From the NCBI GenBank assembly GCA_032128395.1, contig JAQBGV010000096.1, forward strand, positions 8,376 to 72,375: a DNA stretch of 64,000 nucleotides. Reading direction: 5' to 3'. Shown piece after piece: positions 39,032 to 48,496 of this stretch; position 1 is the first letter of the stretch, and every line of letters starts with the position of its first letter. The translations under genes and the position numbers were made by a program. The DNA comes from Planctomycetota bacterium. GTDB lineage: Bacteria; Planctomycetota; UBA8108; UBA1146. The notes below the pieces were generated by a model. It did no database searches. It was not told the DNA's origin and saw only the letters and a list, made by a program, of their open reading frames with translations.

Positions 39032-41584
39032 CTACTTCCCGCCGCCAGGGGGAGGAGCGCCCCCCGTCGGATCGGGAGGAGGAGGATCGGACGGGGGCGG
39101 ATCGGTCACCCCCCCTCCCTCTGGAGTGGAGCCCCGCGCCTCGAGCTCGGCGAGCTTCGAGAGCTCCCCCTCGTCGAGCGGGTGCCGCTCCGCGAAGCGA
39201 CCGAAAGCCGCGATGAAGCCGTCGAAGTCATCGAGCGGTCCGTACCTGTTGACCGCCTCGATCACCCAAAGGACGTGGCCGCAGGCGAGAACGATCTCGG
39301 GGTGTTGTTCCGGGCCGAGGAGCTCCGCCTCTTCGTCGAGCAACTGTCCGAGTGTGGTCCAGAGCGATTCGAGGTCCCGCCGAACGAGCTGGGCAGCGAG
39401 CTTCCCCCGTTGGCCCGAGGAGAGCGCGACCGATTCGAGTGCGAGTCGAGCCGACGATCGCGGGTGGGCATCGCCGTTCGCCCCGAGAGCCCCGACCACG
39501 GCGCGCACCCCCACGGCAACCGCGTCGAGCGCTTCCGCGATCCGAGCGAGGTCCTCTTTTTCGAGGGCGGCCTCCGCGCGGATCGTCCAGTACTCGGCAT
39601 GGATCTTCTCGAAGCGGGGATAGGCCTCGGGACGCGAAGCGCGAAGGTCCGCGGGTTGACGTGCCGGAGCGAGCAACGGGTCGAATTTCGAGCACTCCAC
39701 GGCGACGCGGAGCCAAGGTCGCGGGCGATCCTCGGCATCGATCAGGAACGACTCGAGTGCTTGGAGAGTCGGATCCAGCGCGCAGAGGTCGCCGGCGCGC
39801 TCCACGATCTCAACGCCGAGATCGTCCCCCTCCGGGATCTGGAGCAGGAGGTCGACCATCGTCTCGAGCGCCTTCTCTCCTCCGATGCTCCGGAGACTGT
39901 TCAGCGCAGCGCTCTTGCGCTCGCGGGTGAGGTCTGGACCGAGGATCGCGTTGCGGAGCGGGGGTATCCCGTCGGCGCTTCCGAGACGGCCGATCCCGTT
40001 GATCGCCAGGGTCCAGAGGCTGTCGCTGCTCCCCTCCTCGGAGAGGGCCCGCCCGAACAGCTTGAGCGCGGTCTGCGCCGAGGCGTCGTCGCTCGGGACC
40101 CCGGCCTGCACGAGAACCCAGAGAGCGTTCTCCCGAGCATCGGGTCGGTTCTCGTAGATTCGTTCGAGTTGCGTGACCGTCTCGGCGCTCGCCCCGACTT
40201 GCTTCAGGCTCTGGAGGAGGTACGCGAGCGGCTTGGGGGGGACCGTGTCCCACGCATCGCCCCCGCCGGCGGGGAGGAGCGCGGCGAGGGCTCGATCGAG
40301 TGCCCTGCCGACCGGCGCCTGAAGAACTCCGGCAATCCGAACCGCGAGCTGCCCCAGGCGTGCATCGCGACTGTCGCCCGAGAAATCCGTGCCCGGCAGC
40401 TTCTCGATCAGTCTCGAGAGCAACTCGACCACTCTCGGCTCATTCTTGAACATCGCAAAGGTCCCGAGGGCGGTGAGGGCACGGACCTGCGTCCGCACCG
40501 GATCACGGTCGCGCAGTGTCGTCGCCTCGGTGTCGACCATCTCCACCAGCCGTCCGAGGAGCGGACTCAGGAGCTCCTGCTGCTGCTGGGGGGTCAGCGC
40601 CCCCTCGCCGATCGCGCCCGTGAGCCTGGGCACGAAGCGCTCGAGCTCTTGGAGTGCGCTCGTCCGAACCGATGGGGGCTGCGTCGTCTGCAGGGAGTCG
40701 AGGAGGAACCTCTGGTATCCCCCTGGAGCACCCTCGAACAGGTGGCGATTCGCCAGCTCCCACATCCGCGAGGTCCGCTCGTCGGCCCTTCGGCGCTCTC
40801 GTTCGACGATGAGGCGCAACACTGCGTCCTTCTTGTGTACATCCCACCACTCGCGCCACTCCGTCGCCGACACCAGGTCGTACCCCACGAAGGATGCCAG
40901 GGCACGCCGGATCGCGGGCTCCAGCGGGGGCGTGCTGGCGGCGAGCCGTTCGATCGCCAGATCGACGAGGCGGTTCGGCTCGAACTGCGCGAGGATCGGG
41001 AACAACCGCTCGAAGAGCGTCCCCGAGACTTCTCCACCGAGGAGCTGCGAGAGCGAATCCCGTCGTTCCCGCTTGGAAGCGATCTGCGAGAACGCGCTCT
41101 CGATCTCCACCCCGAAGTTCTCGTAGCTCGCTTCCCCGCCGAGGAGGTAGATCAGCACCCCCTCGCCCGGGCTCGGAGAGCGCATCACCGGGTCCGCCAG
41201 GATGGCTCGGGTCCGCAGCGGGTCTTCGAGGGCACGAGTGTCGAGATACTCGATGAGCAATTCGCGCGTCCACGGCGGTGCGCCGCCCCCCTGCTGGGTG
41301 GCCTGCTGCAGGAGCGTCAATCCTCGCACCCAGTCCTGCGAGTCTCCCGAGTCGAGGAAGCCCCGGACCTGATCCGAAGGCGCGACCAGATCCTGAGAGG
41401 CGTGGGCGGTGGAGAGAACGATCGAGCCGCCGAGCGGCAACATCCCCGACAGTGCCATCACCTGGAGCACCGCTCCGAAGAGGACGACACGCACGTGGAC
41501 GGTCCCGACTCGCGCGGTCCCGAGTGGCCGGAAGCGGCACACCCGGGGGTGTCGGGGATCGCGGTTCGTTCGGGTGGGTCGCAC
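39032..41584 (-). CDS. large HEAT/ARM-like helical repeat protein with Pro-rich C-terminus
   Basis: 850-aa ORF, repeated Leu/Ala-rich helical pairs, N-terminal hydrophobic segment, C-terminal PPPSDPPPPDPTGGAPPPGGG; start uncertain. Confidence 0.5.
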   Translation of the reverse strand: MRPTRTNRDPRHPRVCRFRPLGTARVGTVHVRVVLFGAVLQVMALSGMLPLGGSIVLSTAHASQDLVAPSDQVRGFLDSGDSQDWVRGLTLLQQATQQGGGAPPWTRELLIEYLDTRALEDPLRTRAILADPVMRSPSPGEGVLIYLLGGEASYENFGVEIESAFSQIASKRERRDSLSQLLGGEVSGTLFERLFPILAQFEPNRLVDLAIERLAASTPPLEPAIRRALASFVGYDLVSATEWREWWDVHKKDAVLRLIVERERRRADERTSRMWELANRHLFEGAPGGYQRFLLDSLQTTQPPSVRTSALQELERFVPRLTGAIGEGALTPQQQQELLSPLLGRLVEMVDTEATTLRDRDPVRTQVRALTALGTFAMFKNEPRVVELLSRLIEKLPGTDFSGDSRDARLGQLAVRIAGVLQAPVGRALDRALAALLPAGGGDAWDTVPPKPLAYLLQSLKQVGASAETVTQLERIYENRPDARENALWVLVQAGVPSDDASAQTALKLFGRALSEEGSSDSLWTLAINGIGRLGSADGIPPLRNAILGPDLTRERKSAALNSLRSIGGEKALETMVDLLLQIPEGDDLGVEIVERAGDLCALDPTLQALESFLIDAEDRPRPWLRVAVECSKFDPLLAPARQPADLRASRPEAYPRFEKIHAEYWTIRAEAALEKEDLARIAEALDAVAVGVRAVVGALGANGDAHPRSSARLALESVALSSGQRGKLAAQLVRRDLESLWTTLGQLLDEEAELLGPEQHPEIVLACGHVLWVIEAVNRYGPLDDFDGFIAAFGRFAERHPLDEGELSKLAELEARGSTPEGGGVTDPPPSDPPPPDPTGGAPPPGGGK

Positions 41585-41681
41585 CCAAGCTCCTTCTACG
41601 GGTCCAGGTCGATTCCCTCACTCGGGAGCCGTTCCCCGAGCGTGCGGCCAACAATTCGGGGCGGTCGGATCGAGGCGGGGA

Positions 41682-42527
41682 TCAGAAGATCCCTGCGCTG
41701 AAGTTATCGTCTGGAGGCGGCATTTCGGACAGGGGTCCTCGCTCACGACCGGTCGGTTTTCGGGGGGCCGGGTCTCGACGGGGCGGCTCCACACCGTCCT
41801 CGATCCGCTGGTCGGCGAGAATCGGTGTGCGTTCCGGACGCGCAACGATCGGTTCCGGTTCCGGCCGGAACTGACTCGCGTCGCGGGTGTCGCGGGTGTC
41901 GCGGGTGTCGCGGGAATCGCGGGCATCTCTGGATTCGCGAGAGCCTCGGGATTTCACCGTCTCGCGGGTGTCGCGCCCTCTCCGATCCGGCTTGGCATCG
42001 GACTCCGAGGCGGCGGAAACAACGAGGCGCGAATCGGGAAGCTCGCGATCCCCGACGTCGCGATCCCCGACGTTGCGGTCCTCGACGTTGCGGTCCTCGA
42101 CGTCGCGGTCCTCAGTGTCGCGGTCCTCGAGATCGCGAGGGCAGTATCCGGGTTGTTGCGAGGCGTCCACTTCGCCGAGATACGACTCGACCACCCGAGA
42201 CTGAAGTTGCTCGCGGCACTCCGTGTTGATCGGGTGGGCGATGTCCGCGTGGAGCTTTCCTTTTCCCTCGAGCCGCTGAGATGCTTCGGGGGGGAGGGAG
42301 ACCCCGCAGTCGTTGCAGTAGTGGCTGCGGACCTGATTCTTGAAGCCGCAGCGCTGACAGCGAGTGGTCAGCTTGCGACTCGGCATCGCGACGAAGAGTC
42401 CCTTGTTTCCTTCGATGATCTTGAGGTCGCGGACGACGAACGAATCGTCGATGGTGATGCTGCAGAACGCGCGGAGTTTGTCCTGACCCCCGTCCACCAA
42501 TTTCACGCGGACTTCGGTGATCTCCAC
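41682..42527 (-). CDS. spoVG: SpoVG-family protein with inserted zinc ribbon and repetitive RD/RE-rich C-terminal extension
   Basis: VEITEVRVKLV...LRAFCSITIDDSFVVRDLKIIEGNKGLFVAMPSRK and HADIAHPINTECREQ match the SpoVG core; CQRCGF...CNDCGV inserted between them; GTG start after GGAGAGGAG RBS; tail of DRD/TRD repeats. Confidence 0.8.
   Translation of the reverse strand: MEITEVRVKLVDGGQDKLRAFCSITIDDSFVVRDLKIIEGNKGLFVAMPSRKLTTRCQRCGFKNQVRSHYCNDCGVSLPPEASQRLEGKGKLHADIAHPINTECREQLQSRVVESYLGEVDASQQPGYCPRDLEDRDTEDRDVEDRNVEDRNVGDRDVGDRELPDSRLVVSAASESDAKPDRRGRDTRETVKSRGSRESRDARDSRDTRDTRDTRDASQFRPEPEPIVARPERTPILADQRIEDGVEPPRRDPAPRKPTGRERGPLSEMPPPDDNFSAGIF
41876..41927 (-). repeat. tandem 9-bp repeats (TCGCGGGTG x ~5) encoding TRD repeats in spoVG tail
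   Basis: Direct inspection of the sequence. Confidence 0.8.
42046..42137 (-). repeat. tandem 15-bp repeats (CGGTCCTCGACGTTG-like x ~6) encoding DR[DN]V[EG] pentapeptide repeats in spoVG tail
   Basis: Direct inspection of the sequence. Confidence 0.8.
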
Positions 42528-42607
42528 GGAGTCTCCTCTCCAGTCACAGTGTGCATCTCTCGGGTGTCGGGGAGCTCCCGCTCTCGATCGCGGTCCCCTC
42601 AAAGGGT

Positions 42608-43609
42608 CTAACGGAAGAGTGCAGGATGGGGATGACCGCGGACCACGACAACTGCGACTCCGGTCTCGGCGGAATACGGTGCCAGCGGTCCGTCCGGGGA
42701 AAGAAGTGCGGCCTCGAGACGACGCGCACCCGCGCGATTCTGTTCGGACCAGAAAAATGCCGACCCACTCCCCGTCATGATCCAACCGTTCGATGATCCG
42801 CGATCCGACGAGACGAGATCAGAATGCACGCGGTGCTCTCGGTTGAAGTCGCGCAGGCGTCGGGCGAGTTCTGAGAGGCGCGAATCCGTCGCCAGAACCG
42901 GGTTCTCGAGGCGGTTGAAAAGTCCCCGTCGCCACCCCCCTGCGTTTTCAAAAGTCCTTGTGGGGAAACTAATTGGGCCACTTGGTGAAGTCAAGGGGAA
43001 AGAGACTCGAGCATACGCCGACGCGGTCGACGAGACGATGCTCGGAAGCACCACGACGAACCCCGGACGCTCCCCACCGAACAGAACTCCATCGAAGGCT
43101 TCGAGAATCTCTCCTCGCCCTCGGGCGATCGCTGCGGCGTGTGGTCCGAGGAAGAACGGGACATCGGAACCGACCCCGGCGGCGACCGCAAATCCGGCGC
43201 TGGCTCCGTCGGGATCGGGTGCAACTCGCTCGACCAGCGCGAGGAGGCCGGCGGCGTTTCCGCTCCCTCCCCCGAGCCCGGCTCCGGGAGGGATGCGTTT
43301 GCGCAAATGGAGCCGCAAGGGGGGAACCACCCTGCGTTGCCGAGCGGCGGCGAGCGCGATGAGCACCAAGTTCGTCTGATCGACCGGCGCCATCTCTCCC
43401 TCGACCCGCAACTCGTCGCTCGCCCCGGCGGGGAGAACCTCCGCGACCAGCAAGTCTCCCCAATCGAGAGCGAGCAGCAGCGAGAAGATATCGTGATATC
43501 CATCGGTGCGACGACGCTCGACTTCGAGAAAGAGATTCAGCTTCGCGGGAGTGGTCACTGCGAACCGATTCTCCCCGAGGCGTCGGACGGGGAGGAGTGG
43601 CGCGGTCAC
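42608..43609 (-). CDS. ispE: 4-(cytidine 5'-diphospho)-2-C-methyl-D-erythritol kinase
   Basis: KLNLFLEV, GHMP-kinase PPGAGLGGGSGNAA motif. Confidence 0.85.
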   Translation of the reverse strand: MTAPLLPVRRLGENRFAVTTPAKLNLFLEVERRRTDGYHDIFSLLLALDWGDLLVAEVLPAGASDELRVEGEMAPVDQTNLVLIALAAARQRRVVPPLRLHLRKRIPPGAGLGGGSGNAAGLLALVERVAPDPDGASAGFAVAAGVGSDVPFFLGPHAAAIARGRGEILEAFDGVLFGGERPGFVVVLPSIVSSTASAYARVSFPLTSPSGPISFPTRTFENAGGWRRGLFNRLENPVLATDSRLSELARRLRDFNREHRVHSDLVSSDRGSSNGWIMTGSGSAFFWSEQNRAGARRLEAALLSPDGPLAPYSAETGVAVVVVRGHPHPALFR

Positions 43610-44460
43610 TCCCCCTCCCCACCGATCTGGACATTGTCGATCAAGCGGACCCGCTCGACGGTCGCCGCCACCAGAAGACGGGCGCCTCGGGTCGGATCCA
43701 CCCGCTCGACCGGCTCGAGAGTCTCGGGATCGACGAGCTCGAGGTACTCGAGGGTGAGAGCGGGGTCGACGAGCTCGCGGGCGGCCACGAGCACCAGGGC
43801 TGCCCCGTCCCGCTCGCCGGCGCGGAATCGGTCTCTAGCGAGCAACAGAGCGCGAGCGAGAGCGCCGGCGATCGTCCTGCCGCGCTCGGTCAGATTCTGG
43901 TTCCGACTCGAGCAGGCGAGTCCGCTCTCCTCCCGAACCGTGGGACAGGCGATGACCTGTACTCCGAGGTCGAGATCCCGACCCATCCGACGAACGAGCA
44001 CCGACTGCTGGTAGTCCTTCTCTCCGAAGTAGGCGCGGTGAGGTCGAAAGAGATGGAAGAGCTTCAGAACGATCAGCGCAACCCCCCCGAAGTGGACGGG
44101 GCGCGCGAGACCGCAGAGCCGATCGGCGAGTCGGGGGAGCTCGACCCGGGTCGCGAACTGGGGCGGGTACACTTCGTCCCGGGCTGCGAACCAGATCAGG
44201 TCCGCGCCGGCGGCGTCCGCGAGCGTCGCGTCCGCCTCCGGGTCTCGTGGGTAGCGGTCGAGATCTTCACCCGGGCCGAACTGAGTCGGGTTGACGAAGA
44301 CGCTCACCGCGACGACGTCGCAATCCGCCCGTGCGCACCGAACGAGGGAGAGGTGCCCCTCGTGAAGGGCGCCCATCGTCGGGACGAGACCGATCGTCTT
44401 CGACTCGCTCTGGCCATCTCGCCACTCCCGGATCGCGGCGACCCCCTCGATCGTGGTCAT
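43606..44460 (-). CDS. panC: pantoate--beta-alanine ligase
   Basis: PTMGALHEGHLSL (HIGH-type motif), 284 aa, overlaps ispE and folK by 4 bp. Confidence 0.9.
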   Translation of the reverse strand: MTTIEGVAAIREWRDGQSESKTIGLVPTMGALHEGHLSLVRCARADCDVVAVSVFVNPTQFGPGEDLDRYPRDPEADATLADAAGADLIWFAARDEVYPPQFATRVELPRLADRLCGLARPVHFGGVALIVLKLFHLFRPHRAYFGEKDYQQSVLVRRMGRDLDLGVQVIACPTVREESGLACSSRNQNLTERGRTIAGALARALLLARDRFRAGERDGAALVLVAARELVDPALTLEYLELVDPETLEPVERVDPTRGARLLVAATVERVRLIDNVQIGGEGE

Positions 44461-44984
44461 CGATTCTCCATCTCACTCCGAGTCCCGCCACCCCACCACT
44501 CTACCTGCGCGCGATCCCCCGCCTCGTCGAGAGCGGCGAGAAGATGAGCGACGGTCTTGCCGAGGCCGGGCACTTCGAACTCGGGATCGATCTCCGCCCA
44601 CGGGACCAGGACGAAAGAGCGGCGAGCGATCTCCCGGTGCGGAAGCACCAGCTCATCCGTCTCCAAGCGAGTTTCGCCGACCGCGAGCAGATCGATGTCG
44701 ATCGTCCGTGGCCCCCACCGTACGTCTCCGCGGACACGGCCGAGGCGGCGTTCGATCGCCTGGCAGCCGTACAGCAATCGCAGAGGATCGGCGGCGGTAC
44801 GACCGATGAGCACCTGATTGAGAAATCGCGGCTGTTCCGGTCCGATCGCGTCGCTCTCGACCACCGGCGAAGGCCGGGGAGCGGTCACCCACTCCTCGCC
44901 GACGAGCGATTCGATCGCAGACGCGAGGGCAGCTTCTCGGTCCCCGAGATTGGAGCCGAGTCCGATCGCGACGGTCTCGTGCAT
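44457..44984 (-). CDS. folK: 2-amino-4-hydroxy-6-hydroxymethyldihydropteridine diphosphokinase (HPPK)
   Basis: IGLGSNLGD, PRTIDIDLL motifs, 175 aa. Confidence 0.85.
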   Translation of the reverse strand: MHETVAIGLGSNLGDREAALASAIESLVGEEWVTAPRPSPVVESDAIGPEQPRFLNQVLIGRTAADPLRLLYGCQAIERRLGRVRGDVRWGPRTIDIDLLAVGETRLETDELVLPHREIARRSFVLVPWAEIDPEFEVPGLGKTVAHLLAALDEAGDRAQVEWWGGGTRSEMENR

Positions 44985-45172
44985 CTCTCCTCCAGCGGTC
45001 CATTATCGATGAACCGCGATCGGGGAGCGAGTCCCTCCGCGTCCGACCCCGGTCCCGTGGGGCACGAGACTGCTGCCATTCGGTGGACAACCCATCCCTG
45101 AGCCCTCACCATCGGACCACCCCTCGGACGGAATCGCTGCTCAGCGGGCTTTCAGGTTGAAGGAGAACTCAC

Positions 45173-46441
45173 TTGGGAATCATCGTCGATCTCGACTGCC
45201 GCACGATTCTGGACTCGCGTGGTTTCCCGACCGTCGAGGTCGATTGCCTCCTCGACGACGGGTCGTTCGGACGCGCAGCGGTACCTTCCGGGGCCTCGAC
45301 CGGGGCAGCGGAAGCCCTCGAATTGAGGGATGGCGCCGCCGCCTGGGGTGGGAAGGGGGTCGAGCAGGCCCTCGAAAACGTCCGAGGAGAGATCTGCAGC
45401 GCGCTGATCGGCGAAGAAGCCTTCGAGCAGGCGGGGATCGACCGAACCCTGATCGCACTCGACGGGACCGAGAACAAATCGCGGCTCGGAGCGAACGCCA
45501 TCCTCGGGGTCTCGATGGCGGTCTGCCGCGCCGCCGCAGAGGCGTCGGAGCTCCCTCTCTACCGATACCTCGGAGGAGCGGGAAATCTGCGTCTGCCGAT
45601 CCCGCTCCTCAACGTGGTCAACGGCGGGGCCCACGCGAACAACAACCTCGACACCCAGGAGTTCATGATCGCACCGTGGGGGGCGTCCGACTTTCCGACC
45701 GCTCTGCGGATGGGCGTCGAGGTCTACCACGCACTACGACGACGACTCATGGACCAGGGGCTCTCGGTCGCGGTCGGCGACGAGGGTGGCTTCGCTCCGG
45801 ATCTACCCGGAGACGAAGCGGTCCTCGAAGAACTCTCCCGCGCCGTCGAGGATGCGGGGTACTCGAGTGGGAAGGGGCACGAATTCGCCTTCGCGCTCGA
45901 TGTGGCGGCGAGTGAGTTGTTCCGGGATGGTGCCTATCATCTGACCACGGAGAAGCAGCCGCAGAGCTCTCAGCAGCTGATCGAACGCTACCACGGGCTG
46001 GTGGAGCGGTTCCCGATCACCTCGATCGAGGACGGCCTCGCGGAGGAGGACTGGAAGGGGTGGCACGATCTCACCGCCTCGCTCGTCGGAATCCGCCTGA
46101 TCGCGGACGATCTCCTCGTCACCCAGACCACCCGCCTCCGTCGCGCGATCGAGGAGCGGGCCGCGAACGCGATCCTGATCAAGTTGAACCAGGTCGGGAC
46201 GGTCACGGAGACGCTGGAGACCTGCCGACTCGCCTCCGACCACGGTTTCCGCGTGGTGATCTCGCACCGCTCGGGGGAGACCGAGGACGACTTCATCGCG
46301 GATCTCGCGGTCGCCACCGGCTGTGGATGGATCAAGACTGGCGCCCCGTGCCGCTCGGAGCGGAACGCGAAGTACAACCGGCTCCTCCGCATCGCCGAGC
46401 AACTCGGTTCCGACGCGGAGTACGGGCCTTTGCGCTGGTGA
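45173..46441 (+). CDS. eno: enolase (phosphopyruvate hydratase)
   Basis: ILDSRGFPTVEV, SHRSGETED, enolase signature; TTG start after GAAGGAGAA RBS. Confidence 0.95.
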   Translation: MGIIVDLDCRTILDSRGFPTVEVDCLLDDGSFGRAAVPSGASTGAAEALELRDGAAAWGGKGVEQALENVRGEICSALIGEEAFEQAGIDRTLIALDGTENKSRLGANAILGVSMAVCRAAAEASELPLYRYLGGAGNLRLPIPLLNVVNGGAHANNNLDTQEFMIAPWGASDFPTALRMGVEVYHALRRRLMDQGLSVAVGDEGGFAPDLPGDEAVLEELSRAVEDAGYSSGKGHEFAFALDVAASELFRDGAYHLTTEKQPQSSQQLIERYHGLVERFPITSIEDGLAEEDWKGWHDLTASLVGIRLIADDLLVTQTTRLRRAIEERAANAILIKLNQVGTVTETLETCRLASDHGFRVVISHRSGETEDDFIADLAVATGCGWIKTGAPCRSERNAKYNRLLRIAEQLGSDAEYGPLRW

Positions 46442-46658
46442 TCCCGACGTCCGAACAAACGGTCTCCGGCAGCCTCCTAGCCCTAGTGCCTCGGGACGGG
46501 TGAACCACCTCAGGCCCCTCGACCTGCACCGGGGCAATTCGGCCTCGACCTCGACGGATCTTGCGGGTTGAATATCCTTCCGCGTCCTCTGGGGGGACGC
46601 ACGCTCGCCGCGGGGAGTGCCGCTCGGATCGATCGGGTTGGCTCGGGAAGGACGGCGC

Positions 46659-47069
46659 ATGGCCCGCGGGCGACACCTCCATGCCAACGGCGGGAAACCT
46701 ACTGCCGTAGCGTTCCCAGGGAAGAGCGGCTCCGCTGGGGGTATCCACTCTTCGTTCGTGCGGAACCTCGACCGAGGATTCCTCCACTTCCTTCTGATCC
46801 TGGTCGGTCTCGGCTCACTGGTCGCCGGCTCCTGGAACCAGAGCCGCCACCAGCGCCTCGGTGAGCTTCGAGATCGGCGCGACCACCTCGAGCAGGAGCG
46901 CATGGTGCTCGAGGCGTCAGTCGCCGAGAAGCGGGGTTGGTACGAGGGGGTCGAGAACGACCCGCGGTTGCGCGGAGAGCTTCTCGAACGCATGTTCGGC
47001 GGCCAGGGAGGATCGGGAGTTCCGATCGAGGAGTGGCTCCGAGTCCGCGATCGTATCCCCGGCTCGTAA
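46659..47069 (+). CDS. septum formation initiator (FtsB/DivIC-like) family protein
   Basis: Single TM (FLHFLLILVGLGSLVAG) followed by a short coiled coil; located immediately downstream of eno, the usual position for ftsB/divIC. Confidence 0.55.
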   Translation: MARGRHLHANGGKPTAVAFPGKSGSAGGIHSSFVRNLDRGFLHFLLILVGLGSLVAGSWNQSRHQRLGELRDRRDHLEQERMVLEASVAEKRGWYEGVENDPRLRGELLERMFGGQGGSGVPIEEWLRVRDRIPGS

Positions 47070-47188
47070 GGGGATCCGGGCTGGGATCTCGATTCGCGCT
47101 CAAGGTCCCCCCGCTTCTGGTCGACCTGGAGATACGGGTCCAGCCCATCCCTGTGGGTCGGAAGAGGACGAGCTCGGGAGGAACTCCG

Positions 47189-48250
47189 ATGCCGGAGCCG
47201 CTGAACCAGGAAGAGGTCGAGGCGCTCCTCAATCTTGTCCAGACGGTCGGCGAGGAAGAGGCTTCCCCTGCCGAAGCGGGTCCCGCCGCGGATGCGGAAG
47301 AATCCCCCACCGGCGGGGGACGGCGGGTAGAGAAGTACAACGCCCTCCCGTCGCACCAGATCAGCATCTACGACTTCAAGCGCCCCGAGCGTGTCTCGAA
47401 GAGCCAGGTGATCGCTCTCGAGGCGCTGCACGAGGTGTTCGCCCGGAACCTCAGCGCTTCGCTCTCGGCGTACCTCCGTCACATCGTGGAGGTGCGCCTG
47501 GTCTCGGTGGAGCAGTTCACCTACTCCGAGTTCACGATGTCGTTGCCGATCCCGACCTCGTTCAACCTGATCTCCTGCGAGCCTCTCGAGGGGAACATGA
47601 TCCTCGAGGTGAATCCCTCGATCCTGTACCCGATCATCGACCGTCTGCTCGGCGGTGGGAAGTCAGACGCGTTCCACCTCGACCGACCGTTCACGAACAT
47701 CGAGCTCTCCCTGGTGAACACGATCCTCGAGAGGATGCTGCAACAGCTCCGGGATACGTGGGAGGGGGTCAAGGAGATCGACTTCCAGGTCTTCGAGACG
47801 GAGTCGAATCCGTTCCTCCTGCAGATCGTCGCCCCCAACGAACCGATCGTCCTGCTCGCATTCGAGCTGCAGATGGGTCCCTACGCCGGGATGGTGAATC
47901 TCTGTATCCCGTTCAAGGTCGTCGAGCCGATCATGACCGAGTTCTCCCAGAGCAACTGGTTCTCCTCGAACCGGACGAGCAGCGGTGGCGAGGGCCAGGC
48001 GAAGATTCTCGACAACATCGCAAACGCCCCGGTCGAGCTGACGGCGATCCTCGCAGAAACCCCAGTCAGCCTATTCGACCTCCTCTCCCTCAAGCCGGGA
48101 GACATCCTCGACACCGGCCACCACCACAACTCCCCGGTCACGATCACCATCCAGGGCCGCAGGAAGTTCCGCGGGTCGCCGTACGTGCAGAAGGACCGGA
48201 GAGTGGTCCAGATCCTCGAATCGGTGAAGCCGACCGACCCTGACGCCTAG
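47189..48250 (+). CDS. fliM: flagellar motor switch protein FliM
   Basis: CheC-like middle domain (LGGG region: IIDRLLGGGK) and C-terminal SpoA-like domain; ~353 aa. Confidence 0.78.
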   Translation: MPEPLNQEEVEALLNLVQTVGEEEASPAEAGPAADAEESPTGGGRRVEKYNALPSHQISIYDFKRPERVSKSQVIALEALHEVFARNLSASLSAYLRHIVEVRLVSVEQFTYSEFTMSLPIPTSFNLISCEPLEGNMILEVNPSILYPIIDRLLGGGKSDAFHLDRPFTNIELSLVNTILERMLQQLRDTWEGVKEIDFQVFETESNPFLLQIVAPNEPIVLLAFELQMGPYAGMVNLCIPFKVVEPIMTEFSQSNWFSSNRTSSGGEGQAKILDNIANAPVELTAILAETPVSLFDLLSLKPGDILDTGHHHNSPVTITIQGRRKFRGSPYVQKDRRVVQILESVKPTDPDA

Positions 48251-48421
48251 GTGGATGTAGGGAAAGTTCGTTCGAGACGTCGTCGTGCGGGTCGCGTCCT
48301 GTCCAGGGGCGTGCTCAAATCCACAGCGGCTTGGCCAACACCCAGAACCAGGCCAACGGCCACCGGCTATTCAGGCGTCCCGAACCTCAGGCGATTTCCG
48401 CGCCAGCGGAAATGCAAGAAA

Positions 48422-48457
48422 CACGCCCCCGAACGCGCGAGCGCGTCCGGGGGCGTG
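48422..48457. terminator. bidirectional terminator hairpin between convergent fliM and LysM genes
   Basis: cacgcccccg-aacgcgcgagcgcgtc-cgggggcgtg: 10-bp stem with internally palindromic loop. Confidence 0.5.
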
Positions 48458-48496
48458 CTTCGTATCCAAACGAGCCGTACCAAACTACGAAGAAAA

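Noticed and set aside
48251-48496. Possible small ncRNA or CRISPR-like structure in the fliM/LysM intergenic region
   Set aside because: Only a single long palindrome is present (10-bp stem, internally palindromic loop) and no repeat-spacer periodicity, so it is best explained as a bidirectional terminator.
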